Translations under genes and position numbers: made by a program
Source of the DNA: a virus
Taxonomy: Duplodnaviria; Heunggongvirae; Uroviricota; Caudoviricetes
Virus record (IMG/VR): IMGVR_UViG_3300029543_000205
Location: 69,606-84,705 of that record
Reading direction: 5' to 3' (one strand)
DNA length: 15,100 bases
The notes under the pieces: generated by a model
The model's input: only the letters and a program-made list of their open reading frames with translations
What the model was told of the DNA's origin: nothing
The model's database searches: none
In this document: piece by piece, positions 6,557 to 13,879 of the stretch
Layout of the letters: each line of letters begins with the position of its first letter
Position numbering within the stretch: the first letter of the stretch is position 1

Positions 6557-6760
6557 CTATACCCCTCCTTTCCTTCTTAATGGGTGGAGCCGCCCACAAT
6601 GACGGCTCCTGGGTAGTTTAACAAAAGATCCTTTTATACCATTCAACTAATCATTTCTTAAAGGAGGTAACCAGTTTTTGTATTCTGCGGTATTCGTGAC
6701 ATATTTTCCTCAGAGACCAATCTTAGGAGATAATGCAGAACATATTTACGGTTACGATTA

Positions 6761-7492
6761 TTAAGAAATCACAAAGATGTCCGCCACTCCGGCAAGCTCT
6801 TTTTCAAGATAATCTTTGATGTTCTTCTTTGCCTCATTCTTCCATGCGCCTCCGTCTGCCTCAAATAAGGCACAGGAAACACCAAGGCGATCATTGTCCT
6901 TTACGCGGAAGATAAAACTACTCATAGGCTGCTTAACCTCTGTAAAGGTTCTGTACGGCATCAGGCGGCAAGGACTGGGAACCTCAACCTCCTGTAAGGA
7001 TGCAACGCCCTTTTTAATGGCTGCTTTCTGCCCTACTCCTGTATCTCCGTACTCAGCTACCGTACCGGCTTTCACGTTTCCGGCAAACTGCAAGATGATA
7101 GGCTTATCATTGACCTCTGCATCTTCATCAAGGAACTTGGACTGCACTCCGATAATGAACTCTTCGTTTTCAGTGAACCGTCCAAATGAGAAGTCCGGGA
7201 TTTCAGCCTCAACTACTGCAAGTGTTTCTCTCTTACGGTCTGCATCCAAACTGGAAAACAGAATAACTTTGGTAGGGGAAACGACCTGGACGATGTACTG
7301 TCCGTCTTTGAAATCTTCTGTGCTCTTTTTGATGAAATCTACAAGGCTGCTCAGTGTGTTCATGGTAATGCCATCCGCTCTAAGTTCCTTGCCGATCATC
7401 GTCATATTCTTATCTACATAGGTTCTTCCCTCAATCGACTTAATATGAGGTTCGTCAAGGGAAAGGATTTTCTCAATAGCTGCTTTTAACAT
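6761..7492 (-). CDS. conserved phage early protein of unknown function
   Basis: 243-aa ORF with GGAGG SD; PYRTFTEVKQPMSSFIFR / ALFEADGGAWK pattern recalled from Firmicutes phage proteins. Confidence 0.8.
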   Translation of the reverse strand: MLKAAIEKILSLDEPHIKSIEGRTYVDKNMTMIGKELRADGITMNTLSSLVDFIKKSTEDFKDGQYIVQVVSPTKVILFSSLDADRKRETLAVVEAEIPDFSFGRFTENEEFIIGVQSKFLDEDAEVNDKPIILQFAGNVKAGTVAEYGDTGVGQKAAIKKGVASLQEVEVPSPCRLMPYRTFTEVKQPMSSFIFRVKDNDRLGVSCALFEADGGAWKNEAKKNIKDYLEKELAGVADIFVIS

Positions 7493-7504
7493 ATCTTCCT
7501 CCTG

Positions 7505-7759
7505 TTACTGTACGATCTGCCAGTCCTCTGCCAACATATCTGCCTGAGAAGCAAGCCACCCCATCTGTACGCCAGATGTTCCGACAAATGCGATTGCCTT
7601 GTTTCCGATGGCATCATGCTCACAGTTCACAATGTTGCCATCAGCATTTACATAACTGATATTGCTTGCAAGTTCGATGTACTGTCCTTTGCCGTTCCAT
7701 CCCTGTCTTGCGACTTTCTTACCGGCTTTCATTTCTTCTATTGCTTTTCCAAAATTCAT
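7505..7759 (-). CDS. DUF2829 family protein (Tad2-like anti-defence sponge candidate)
   Basis: MNFGKAIEEMKAGKKVARQGWNGKG...GWLASQADMLAEDW signature. Confidence 0.85.
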   Translation of the reverse strand: MNFGKAIEEMKAGKKVARQGWNGKGQYIELASNISYVNADGNIVNCEHDAIGNKAIAFVGTSGVQMGWLASQADMLAEDWQIVQ

Positions 7760-7770
7760 TGCTGTTCCTC

Positions 7771-8259
7771 CTAACCGTTTGCTACATCTCTCATACTGAT
7801 TACTTTCGAACCCTCTTTCGGAGTTTCTTTTTCCAGAACTTCTCCGGTCTCAGGATCGCAGCCAAGTTCCTCAGCCGTTACCGGCCTCTCTTCCTCATCT
7901 TCCTCCGGGTTCATACTCATACCGCAATCGTCCAAAGTAAGCTGCCCTTTGATTGCACCCTTTGAGTGCTCCGTAAGCGTTGTAACACCGCTTCTGAAAT
8001 CCTTGTTGATAAACAACTGAGTTTTCAGTCCCAACTCAGGAGCTAACTTAACGGAAGTCTGTACCTCAACGGAAACATCCTCTCTATCGTCCTCATTCGG
8101 AGTGAGAGTAATCTTTACGTCAAGTACACGTTTCTTCTTTGCATCAGTGTTCAAATCCAAAATGTTATCTGAGATTTTCGCTAACGCTCTGTCGATACGT
8201 TCCTGAACCCCTCCGGCACACATGGATGCCAATGTAAGTTTCTCTGCCACTGTTTTCAC
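7771..8259 (-). CDS. conserved phage early protein
   Basis: 162-aa ORF: GGVQERIDRAL..NILDLNTDAKKKR.., with C-terminal DPETGEVL motif. Confidence 0.8.
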   Translation of the reverse strand: MKTVAEKLTLASMCAGGVQERIDRALAKISDNILDLNTDAKKKRVLDVKITLTPNEDDREDVSVEVQTSVKLAPELGLKTQLFINKDFRSGVTTLTEHSKGAIKGQLTLDDCGMSMNPEEDEEERPVTAEELGCDPETGEVLEKETPKEGSKVISMRDVANG

Positions 8260-8298
8260 TTCCTTTCAAAAGAATTATTTATAATAAGCATTTGCCTA

Positions 8299-8616
8299 CT
8301 ATACGAATGTTTTTCCGTATCTTTTCCGAAACATTTCCTTTGCCTCGTTTTTATCCTTGGCTTGTCCGGTAGATACCATTTCAAGCTCATACGCCAACTG
8401 TGCAATGATATGGCTCATTACTTTCATTTCCTTGTTGTGATGAACACTCATTCTGCTTGAATTGTGGTGGTCCGGCGATAAAGGAACCCACAGACCATCT
8501 TCGTCTGCATGGCTCCTGTTCGCCCCACCCATCAAATGATGTCTCTCGACACCGTAAGAGCCGTCTATCATATCGTAATCAGCGTATTTCATATCAATTA
8601 CGATTGAATCTTTCAT
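8299..8616 (-). CDS. HNH-like small phage protein
   Basis: ERHHLMGGANR...GLWVPLSPDHH...VHHN; start overlaps the upstream stop by 1 nt. Confidence 0.65.
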   Translation of the reverse strand: MKDSIVIDMKYADYDMIDGSYGVERHHLMGGANRSHADEDGLWVPLSPDHHNSSRMSVHHNKEMKVMSHIIAQLAYELEMVSTGQAKDKNEAKEMFRKRYGKTFV

Positions 8617-9452
8617 TAAATCTCTCCCATCAACATATCCATGGAGACGGGACCATCCAGAACCTCAGTATCAGCACAATAATCGCAGACCTCGCATCTA
8701 AGCGGTTCAATGTCTCCGTCTTTAATGCGTTGGATTTTCACGATATTGTTTTTGACCTCTGCCAGTTTTTCATCCATCATCAGTGGTGGCACTTCAATAA
8801 CCTTGATTCTCGGATGAGGAACATTATCAGTCTTATCCTTGCTGACTGCGCAGATGTAAAACGGTAAGAGGTCTCCGGTATTCTGCCTGTAAATCTCCCG
8901 GTACACGGCAGCTTGCAAATCATATCCCCACCACTCGCAGAAATTAAGTCTCTGCCCCAGGTCCTTTGCGTAAAAGGTTTCTGTGATGCTCTTTACTGTT
9001 TTGAGATCAGTGATTCGTCTGCCGTCTGCACTGTCAATTTTGATTTTGACAGGAACTCCCTCAATTTCCCCGGTCATAATAACCTGCTTATCTCCGGCCA
9101 TGTACTGCATAAAAACCGGATCTTTCACGGCACGGTCAATCATAATTGAGGCCTGTTTGTATTCGGATTTCAACTCTCCGGCGGTTTTACCTCTGGATGA
9201 GAAGATTTCCGGGTGCTGTGCGGAAAATGTAGGAAGTGTACCCTCAAAGTAGGCATCCACATAGGAACCTACCATTAACGCAGTTGTGGTTACTTCCTCA
9301 ACTTCTCCCCGGAGCTTCGCCATAGCGTATGCTTCACAACCCATTTTTCCGGTCGTGCCGTTGAACTCTTTGTACTGAGATACGGACACATACTGCATAT
9401 TGGCTTCTTTGGTGTAATAGTTCTCCGGGGTAAGTTTAAGAAGATTACTCAT
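8616..9452 (-). CDS. PD-(D/E)XK exonuclease (RecE/DUF3799-like), partner of RecT
   Basis: VKIKID...ITDLKT, GYDLQAAVY, C-terminal RCEVCDYC; 8-nt overlap with recT. Confidence 0.85.
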   Translation of the reverse strand: MSNLLKLTPENYYTKEANMQYVSVSQYKEFNGTTGKMGCEAYAMAKLRGEVEEVTTTALMVGSYVDAYFEGTLPTFSAQHPEIFSSRGKTAGELKSEYKQASIMIDRAVKDPVFMQYMAGDKQVIMTGEIEGVPVKIKIDSADGRRITDLKTVKSITETFYAKDLGQRLNFCEWWGYDLQAAVYREIYRQNTGDLLPFYICAVSKDKTDNVPHPRIKVIEVPPLMMDEKLAEVKNNIVKIQRIKDGDIEPLRCEVCDYCADTEVLDGPVSMDMLMGEI

Positions 9453-10248
9453 CTACTTCCTTGAATGTTCCGTCAATCACACCATCAGAACTCTCATCTG
9501 CGCCATGAGAACTCTGATCGTGAGACTGGTAAATATCCTGTGCCTGATATTTCTCTTTCGGTTTTTCCTTAACATCAAATGCCGAGCCATCTTCAAATGC
9601 CTGACACTGTTCTGCGGTATCAAAATTAAGGTCAATCAGCTTACACAGTCGGCGGAGGACTGTTTTCTTACACATCTCTCCATAGCTTTCTTTCCAAGCC
9701 TTACTGTTTGCTGCCTTAGAAAACGTCTGTCTGGTGTGCTCAATATCCTCTTTGCTCATGGTGTCATACATCATGGAACCGTCTTTGTAGAGAACTACTG
9801 CAAAAGCACCGATGATCTCTCCGTTTGAAAAAGTCTTAGGTCTGAAATTGACATACTGCTTTCCATTTTCAATTACTTCCTCAAACTCATCTCCCTCACG
9901 GACTACCTTTGCGTAAATGTCCTGAATAGGATTGCTCGAATATCTCTTGCACAGCTTGATCTCTCCCTTGTAATCAGTCTGAAACTGACACTGATTTCCG
10001 TAAGGAATTGCGTAACACTCTCCATTGAAAAAATCGAGACCGAGAAACGCTCCTTTTAAGAGTGTTCGCACAACAGTCGGTGCTTCACATTTTGAAAAAT
10101 CAGCCTGTCCGTCCTGCAGAACCGTCATGCAGTTCTGTAAAAATCTCTGCTTGTTGAATTTCTCCGGCAGAGCTGCAACCTGTTTTTCAAGGCTTTCGTC
10201 CAGTCCTTTATGGACTGCAACTAAATAATTTGTGTCTTTTGTTGCCAT
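9445..10248 (-). CDS. recT: RecT-family single-strand annealing protein
   Basis: LGLD..GECYAIPYG..QFQTDYKGEIKL..VVREGDEF..W...YGEMCKKTVLRRLCK. Confidence 0.92.
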   Translation of the reverse strand: MATKDTNYLVAVHKGLDESLEKQVAALPEKFNKQRFLQNCMTVLQDGQADFSKCEAPTVVRTLLKGAFLGLDFFNGECYAIPYGNQCQFQTDYKGEIKLCKRYSSNPIQDIYAKVVREGDEFEEVIENGKQYVNFRPKTFSNGEIIGAFAVVLYKDGSMMYDTMSKEDIEHTRQTFSKAANSKAWKESYGEMCKKTVLRRLCKLIDLNFDTAEQCQAFEDGSAFDVKEKPKEKYQAQDIYQSHDQSSHGADESSDGVIDGTFKEVDE

Positions 10249-10272
10249 AAATAACCTCCTTGTATTTTTATG

Positions 10273-10309
10273 AATCTGCCTACCAAGAAAAGGCTATGGC
10301 AGGCAGATT
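10273..10309. other. intergenic 13-bp stem-loop upstream of recT
   Basis: On the - strand: AATCTGCCTGCCA-N11-TGGTAGGCAGATT (one G-U pair); no U-tail on the coding strand. Confidence 0.6.
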
Positions 10310-10323
10310 ATTTATTTTATTCG

Positions 10324-10683
10324 CTATCGTCTGTACCCCCCCCCGAAGAGAGTTTCCATAAATTTTGCGAAACCATCTTTGGAGTTGGAATCAGCAGCAA
10401 TAGTCTCAAAGCCAAACTTCTTTTTCATAATCTCAGTCAGTTTTGTGGTCTGTTCTGACATAATATCCTTAATGCGATCATTGGTTTCCTGAAACCATTC
10501 CTTGCCACCGTCCAGATCTTCAAGGAGTGCTTTATTCCCAGATGTTACACATTCAACGGACATTGGTGTTGCAATAATCTCACAAGTGAACGGATGAAGT
10601 TTCAAATCCTCAGCCCCCTCCACAATGTGTTTCAAAGCCATAGCCATCATAAGTTTGTCAAAATTATCCATACTGCTTGCCAT
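10324..10683 (-). CDS. phage hypothetical protein with a G9 tract at its 3' end
   Basis: 119-aa ORF with GGAGG SD. Confidence 0.8.
   Translation of the reverse strand: MASSMDNFDKLMMAMALKHIVEGAEDLKLHPFTCEIIATPMSVECVTSGNKALLEDLDGGKEWFQETNDRIKDIMSEQTTKLTEIMKKKFGFETIAADSNSKDGFAKFMETLFGGGYRR
10336..10344 (-). repeat. G9 homopolymer
   Basis: C9 on + strand; coding context TTC-G9-TACAG. Confidence 0.95.
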
Positions 10684-10694
10684 AGTGTTTCCTC

Positions 10695-12125
10695 CTACAG
10701 TTCAATCACTGTTAATTCATTGTTACTTGTGGTTCTGGTTGCGATAAACTGCAACCCTTTCTTCTTACACTTCTCATAGAGACGTGTGCGGTTTTCCTCA
10801 GACAGTTTCTCAGTACCATCAATGAGGATGATCTGTAAGCCGGACGGATTCTGAATTGCCACATCAATACAGAGATCCAATTTTTCTCCCTCGGAAAGAT
10901 TGCTTACCGGAAGCCCATTGATAAGAGGTATTCCGTCCTTTACAGATAATCCCTCAATCGGGATCTCCGATGTTTCCAGAATGGTTCCCGGAAGAGTCCG
11001 TGCCAGTTCAATCTTCTCTGTCAGAGAATTGGATTCTTTCTGCAAGGTGGCTACTTCCTCCTGAATAGACAACATTCTGCGCCATTCATTGATATGACCT
11101 TTCATCTTCTCCGTCTCATTGGCTTTTGCCATGAGATCATCAATAGGTGTGGTTTCCATATCTGCGTATTCTGCGTAGGACTGTTCCTCGGCTTCATACT
11201 TGGAAACGGCAGCCTCATACTCAGCACTGATAACTTTTTCCTTGTCAGCCTTTGCACCCGAGAGACCGGCTTTCTTCTCTTCCAGATTTTTTATCTGTTC
11301 TTTCAACTTCGCCAGTTCACTCTCAATGTTTTTCTCCTGTGCAGCCATCTCTCTGTCGAGTGCGGCCAGTTTCACTTCCTTGTCTGCCTGAAAACTTCTG
11401 ATTTTTCCATCGTGGCTGTCTCTGAGACGTTTTGCCTTTTCGATGGTCTCATTGTTTTTACGAATCTTCTCAATCTCCGTATAGAGTTCTGAGAGGTTTT
11501 CTTTCTCCCATCTCTCTCCGTCATAGTCGATGGGAAGAGAACTTCCAATATCGGCAATAACAGCTTTCTTGGCACGAATGTCACGGTTTACATCCTGTCT
11601 GTGCATGAAGTAGTAACCGTTTTCTGCCTGAATGTCATTCAGAACCGCTAAAATGTTCTGTTCATAGTTCACATCCGGCGGCAGTTCTCCGAACCATTCT
11701 TTGATCGTGTCAAGACTCCAATCGTACTGAATCATATCCAGAATCGTTGCATTTTGGGTTTTCTTATCCATGGAGATGAACTCCATAGGAGAAAGCTGTA
11801 ACGGAGTGAATATGGTTTTCAGGAATGTTTCAGGACTGGGAACAACATTGCCGTTCTGCTTTACAGACTTATAATCTGTCATTCCCTGTCTCGGTTTTCT
11901 GTCTATGGAGAGACCACTATCTGTCTCAATGATAATCTCTCCCTCTGTCTCTCCGTTTTTGATGATATATTCACGGTCTGATGCGTTGGTAAGGGCATAT
12001 CTGATTGCATCAATAACGGATGTTTTACCGGTTCCGTTGTCTCCGACAAGTTCAATATTCTTACCGTCTCCGCTCCATTCCTTGATTCCGAAAAGACTCT
12101 TAATCGTGATTTTTGAAATCTTCAT
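10695..12125 (-). CDS. SMC/Rad50-like ABC-type ATPase with coiled coil
   Basis: Walker A GDNGTGKT, long coiled coil, signature LSEGE, Walker B IILIDG; ATG at 12125 after GAAAGGA. Confidence 0.9.
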   Translation of the reverse strand: MKISKITIKSLFGIKEWSGDGKNIELVGDNGTGKTSVIDAIRYALTNASDREYIIKNGETEGEIIIETDSGLSIDRKPRQGMTDYKSVKQNGNVVPSPETFLKTIFTPLQLSPMEFISMDKKTQNATILDMIQYDWSLDTIKEWFGELPPDVNYEQNILAVLNDIQAENGYYFMHRQDVNRDIRAKKAVIADIGSSLPIDYDGERWEKENLSELYTEIEKIRKNNETIEKAKRLRDSHDGKIRSFQADKEVKLAALDREMAAQEKNIESELAKLKEQIKNLEEKKAGLSGAKADKEKVISAEYEAAVSKYEAEEQSYAEYADMETTPIDDLMAKANETEKMKGHINEWRRMLSIQEEVATLQKESNSLTEKIELARTLPGTILETSEIPIEGLSVKDGIPLINGLPVSNLSEGEKLDLCIDVAIQNPSGLQIILIDGTEKLSEENRTRLYEKCKKKGLQFIATRTTSNNELTVIEL

Positions 12126-12180
12126 GGTGGTTTTCCTTTCTCGGTTTATGGGGTTTGGCATTGCCTTACCCCTTAAACTG

Positions 12181-12384
12181 CTACTGAATTACAACTACAT
12201 TACTTGCCTGCGGTCCCTTTGTTCCGTCAACTACATCAAATTCAACAGCCTGTCCCTCAACGAGAGTTTTGTAGCCGTCCATCTGCAATGCACTGAAATG
12301 ACAGAATACATCGGTGCCGTCCTCTGCGGTAATGAAACCGTAACCCTTTGCGGCATTGAACCATTTAACTGTACCTTTCTGCAT
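12181..12384 (-). CDS. cspA: cold-shock protein (CspA family)
   Basis: GTVKWFN, RNP1 KGYGFI, RNP2 [27 protein letters not shown]. Confidence 0.95.
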   Translation of the reverse strand: MQKGTVKWFNAAKGYGFITAEDGTDVFCHFSALQMDGYKTLVEGQAVEFDVVDGTKGPQASNVVVIQ

Positions 12385-12433
12385 GGTGTTCTCCTTTCTT
12401 CAAAAATATCTATTAAACAGTCCTGCCGGACGT

Positions 12434-12628
12434 TTAACCTATGCCAAGTCGTTCTTTCTCCTGATCCAAAAGGTGGCGATATATGTAAAATCCCCACTTG
12501 GATTTACCCTCTCGCTTAACGGCATATCCTATGGGTAATTTCTCCCTTTTCATAAGTTCCCGGAGCGTAATCACATCCATCTGCAACTCTTTAGCGGCAA
12601 TTTTGGGTTTCACTCTTTCATTGTTCAT
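12434..12628 (-). CDS. small winged-HTH DNA-binding protein (excisionase/MerR-like)
   Basis: VKPKIAAKELQMDVITLRELMKREKLPIG..YIY; directly downstream of cro. Confidence 0.7.
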   Translation of the reverse strand: MNNERVKPKIAAKELQMDVITLRELMKREKLPIGYAVKREGKSKWGFYIYRHLLDQEKERLGIG

Positions 12629-12690
12629 TGTTTCTTACCTCAAATCTGTTCGTTTTACTGTGTTTTGGTTCGTTGTGGAATATCCTTTTC

Positions 12691-12708
12691 TGTTTGCTTG
12701 ACTAAACA
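12691..12708. promoter_or_regulatory. operator site at the 3' end of cro
   Basis: TGTTTGCTTGACTAAACA. Confidence 0.7.
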
Positions 12709-12899
12709 TTTTGGGTAAAAAGTTTACTGACAGGAACATTCAAAGCCGCCGCTAACGCTTTCAGAGTTCCTACCATAGCCTCATGCTCTTCGTTGTTTTC
12801 AAGCTGAACTATGGTTGCCCGGCTCACTCCCGACATCTGAGATAACTGTTCCTGAGTGAGTTTTTTCTTTTCTCTGAGTTCTCTGATACGATATGCCAT
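12702..12899 (-). CDS. cro: Cro-like XRE HTH regulator
   Basis: IRELREKKKLTQEQLSQMSGVSRATIVQLEN; ATG at 12899 after AAAGGAGGT; divergent from cI. Confidence 0.88.
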   Translation of the reverse strand: MAYRIRELREKKKLTQEQLSQMSGVSRATIVQLENNEEHEAMVGTLKALAAALNVPVSKLFTQNV

Positions 12900-12925
12900 T
12901 ACTTTACCTCCTTTCGTTTTTTCGG

Positions 12926-12966
12926 TGTTTGCTCGACTGAACAATTTGAGTATAGCCGACTAAACA
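12926..12966. promoter_or_regulatory. two operator sites at the lytic promoter
   Basis: TGTTTGCTCGACTGAACA (12926-12943) and AGTATAGCCGACTAAACA (12949-12966). Confidence 0.7.
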
Positions 12967-12977
12967 TTAAATGTCAA
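12949..12977 (-). promoter_or_regulatory. sigma-A promoter of the cro/early lytic operon
   Basis: TTGACA (12977-12972)-N17-TATACT (12954-12949). Confidence 0.85.
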
Positions 12978-12995
12978 GCGGAATTTACAAAAAAA

Positions 12996-13024
12996 TTGAC
13001 TTACGGAGAAATCTGATGTATAAT
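12996..13024 (+). promoter_or_regulatory. sigma-A promoter of cI/int
   Basis: TTGACT-N17-TATAAT; the -10 lies inside operator TGTATAATGGACTAAACA (13017-13034). Confidence 0.85.
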
Positions 13025-13052
13025 GGACTAAACATTGAAAGGAGGTCTCCTT

Positions 13053-13715
13053 ATGACATTAGGGCAGATAATAAAGGCATACAGAGAGACAAACAGCATG
13101 AGTATGGATGACTTTTCTAAGGCTAGTAAAATAAGCAAAGGGTACATATCACAGCTCGAAAATAATCTAAATCCAAAAACAGGAGAACCGCCTGTTCCGT
13201 CTATTCAATCTATAAAGAAAGCTGCAAACGGAATGTTTATGACGTTTGACGAATTATTCTCTCAGCTTGACAATAATACGAAAGTTGACGCAGAACCAGA
13301 GAAAGTGAAGATGGCTAAAAAGGCTATCCGTATTCCTGTGCTTGGTAATGTGGCGGCAGGAGTTCCTATTGAAGCCATTGAGGATGTTATAGATTATGAG
13401 GAAATATCAGAGGAATTGGCTCATACCGGAGATTTCTTCGCTCTGAAAATAAAGGGAGATTCCATGGAGCCTCGTATCTGCAATGGGGATGTTGTGATTG
13501 TCCGCAAACAGAACTATGCAGAATCAGGAGATCTTGTCATTGTGTTAGTCAATGGAGACAGTGCCACTTGCAAAAAGTTGGCAAAGTTCCCTAGTGGAAT
13601 CAGACTCATTCCTTTTAATCAGACCTATGAGCCTATGTTCTATTCAAATGAGGAAATTGAGAATAAGCCAGTGAGGATCATTGGCAGAGTCGTTGAAAAC
13701 CGACAGAAATACTAA
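13053..13715 (+). CDS. cI: CI-like repressor (XRE HTH plus S24 autopeptidase)
   Basis: N-terminal HTH; cleavage site VAAG, catalytic GDSM and TCKK; ATG after AAAGGAGGT. Confidence 0.93.
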   Translation: MTLGQIIKAYRETNSMSMDDFSKASKISKGYISQLENNLNPKTGEPPVPSIQSIKKAANGMFMTFDELFSQLDNNTKVDAEPEKVKMAKKAIRIPVLGNVAAGVPIEAIEDVIDYEEISEELAHTGDFFALKIKGDSMEPRICNGDVVIVRKQNYAESGDLVIVLVNGDSATCKKLAKFPSGIRLIPFNQTYEPMFYSNEEIENKPVRIIGRVVENRQKY

Positions 13716-13749
13716 AATAGAAAACCGCCTCTGCTACCAACAGAGACGG
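13714..13749 (-). terminator. intrinsic terminator on the - strand (antisense to cI-int)
   Basis: CCGTCTCTGTT-GGT-AGCAGAGGCGG followed by TTTTCTATTTT on the - strand. Confidence 0.7.
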
Positions 13750-13801
13750 CATCTATAAACACGCACCGGAAAGCCGATGTATGCTCGTCTGAACACCTTG
13801 C

Positions 13802-13830
13802 ATTATATCATCTTCCCGGTAGAAAAACAA
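13802..13830 (-). promoter_or_regulatory. antisense extended -10 promoter between cI and int
   Basis: TTGTTT-N17-TATAAT with TGn extension (TGATATAAT). Confidence 0.6.
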
Positions 13831-13879
13831 TATACCGGGCATTTTTACGCCCATTTTTAGGAAAAAGGAGGATGATGTT

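Noticed and set aside
6557..6760. tRNA or CRISPR array in the intergenic gap
   Set aside because: No cloverleaf or T-loop motif, and no regularly spaced direct repeats.
6816..7421. 201-aa + strand ORF
   Set aside because: Antisense shadow of the 243-aa phage gene; no SD or recognisable motif.
11905..12519. 204-aa + strand ORF and the other short + strand ORFs between 1240 and 12701
   Set aside because: Antisense to well-supported - strand genes; composition typical of shadow frames.
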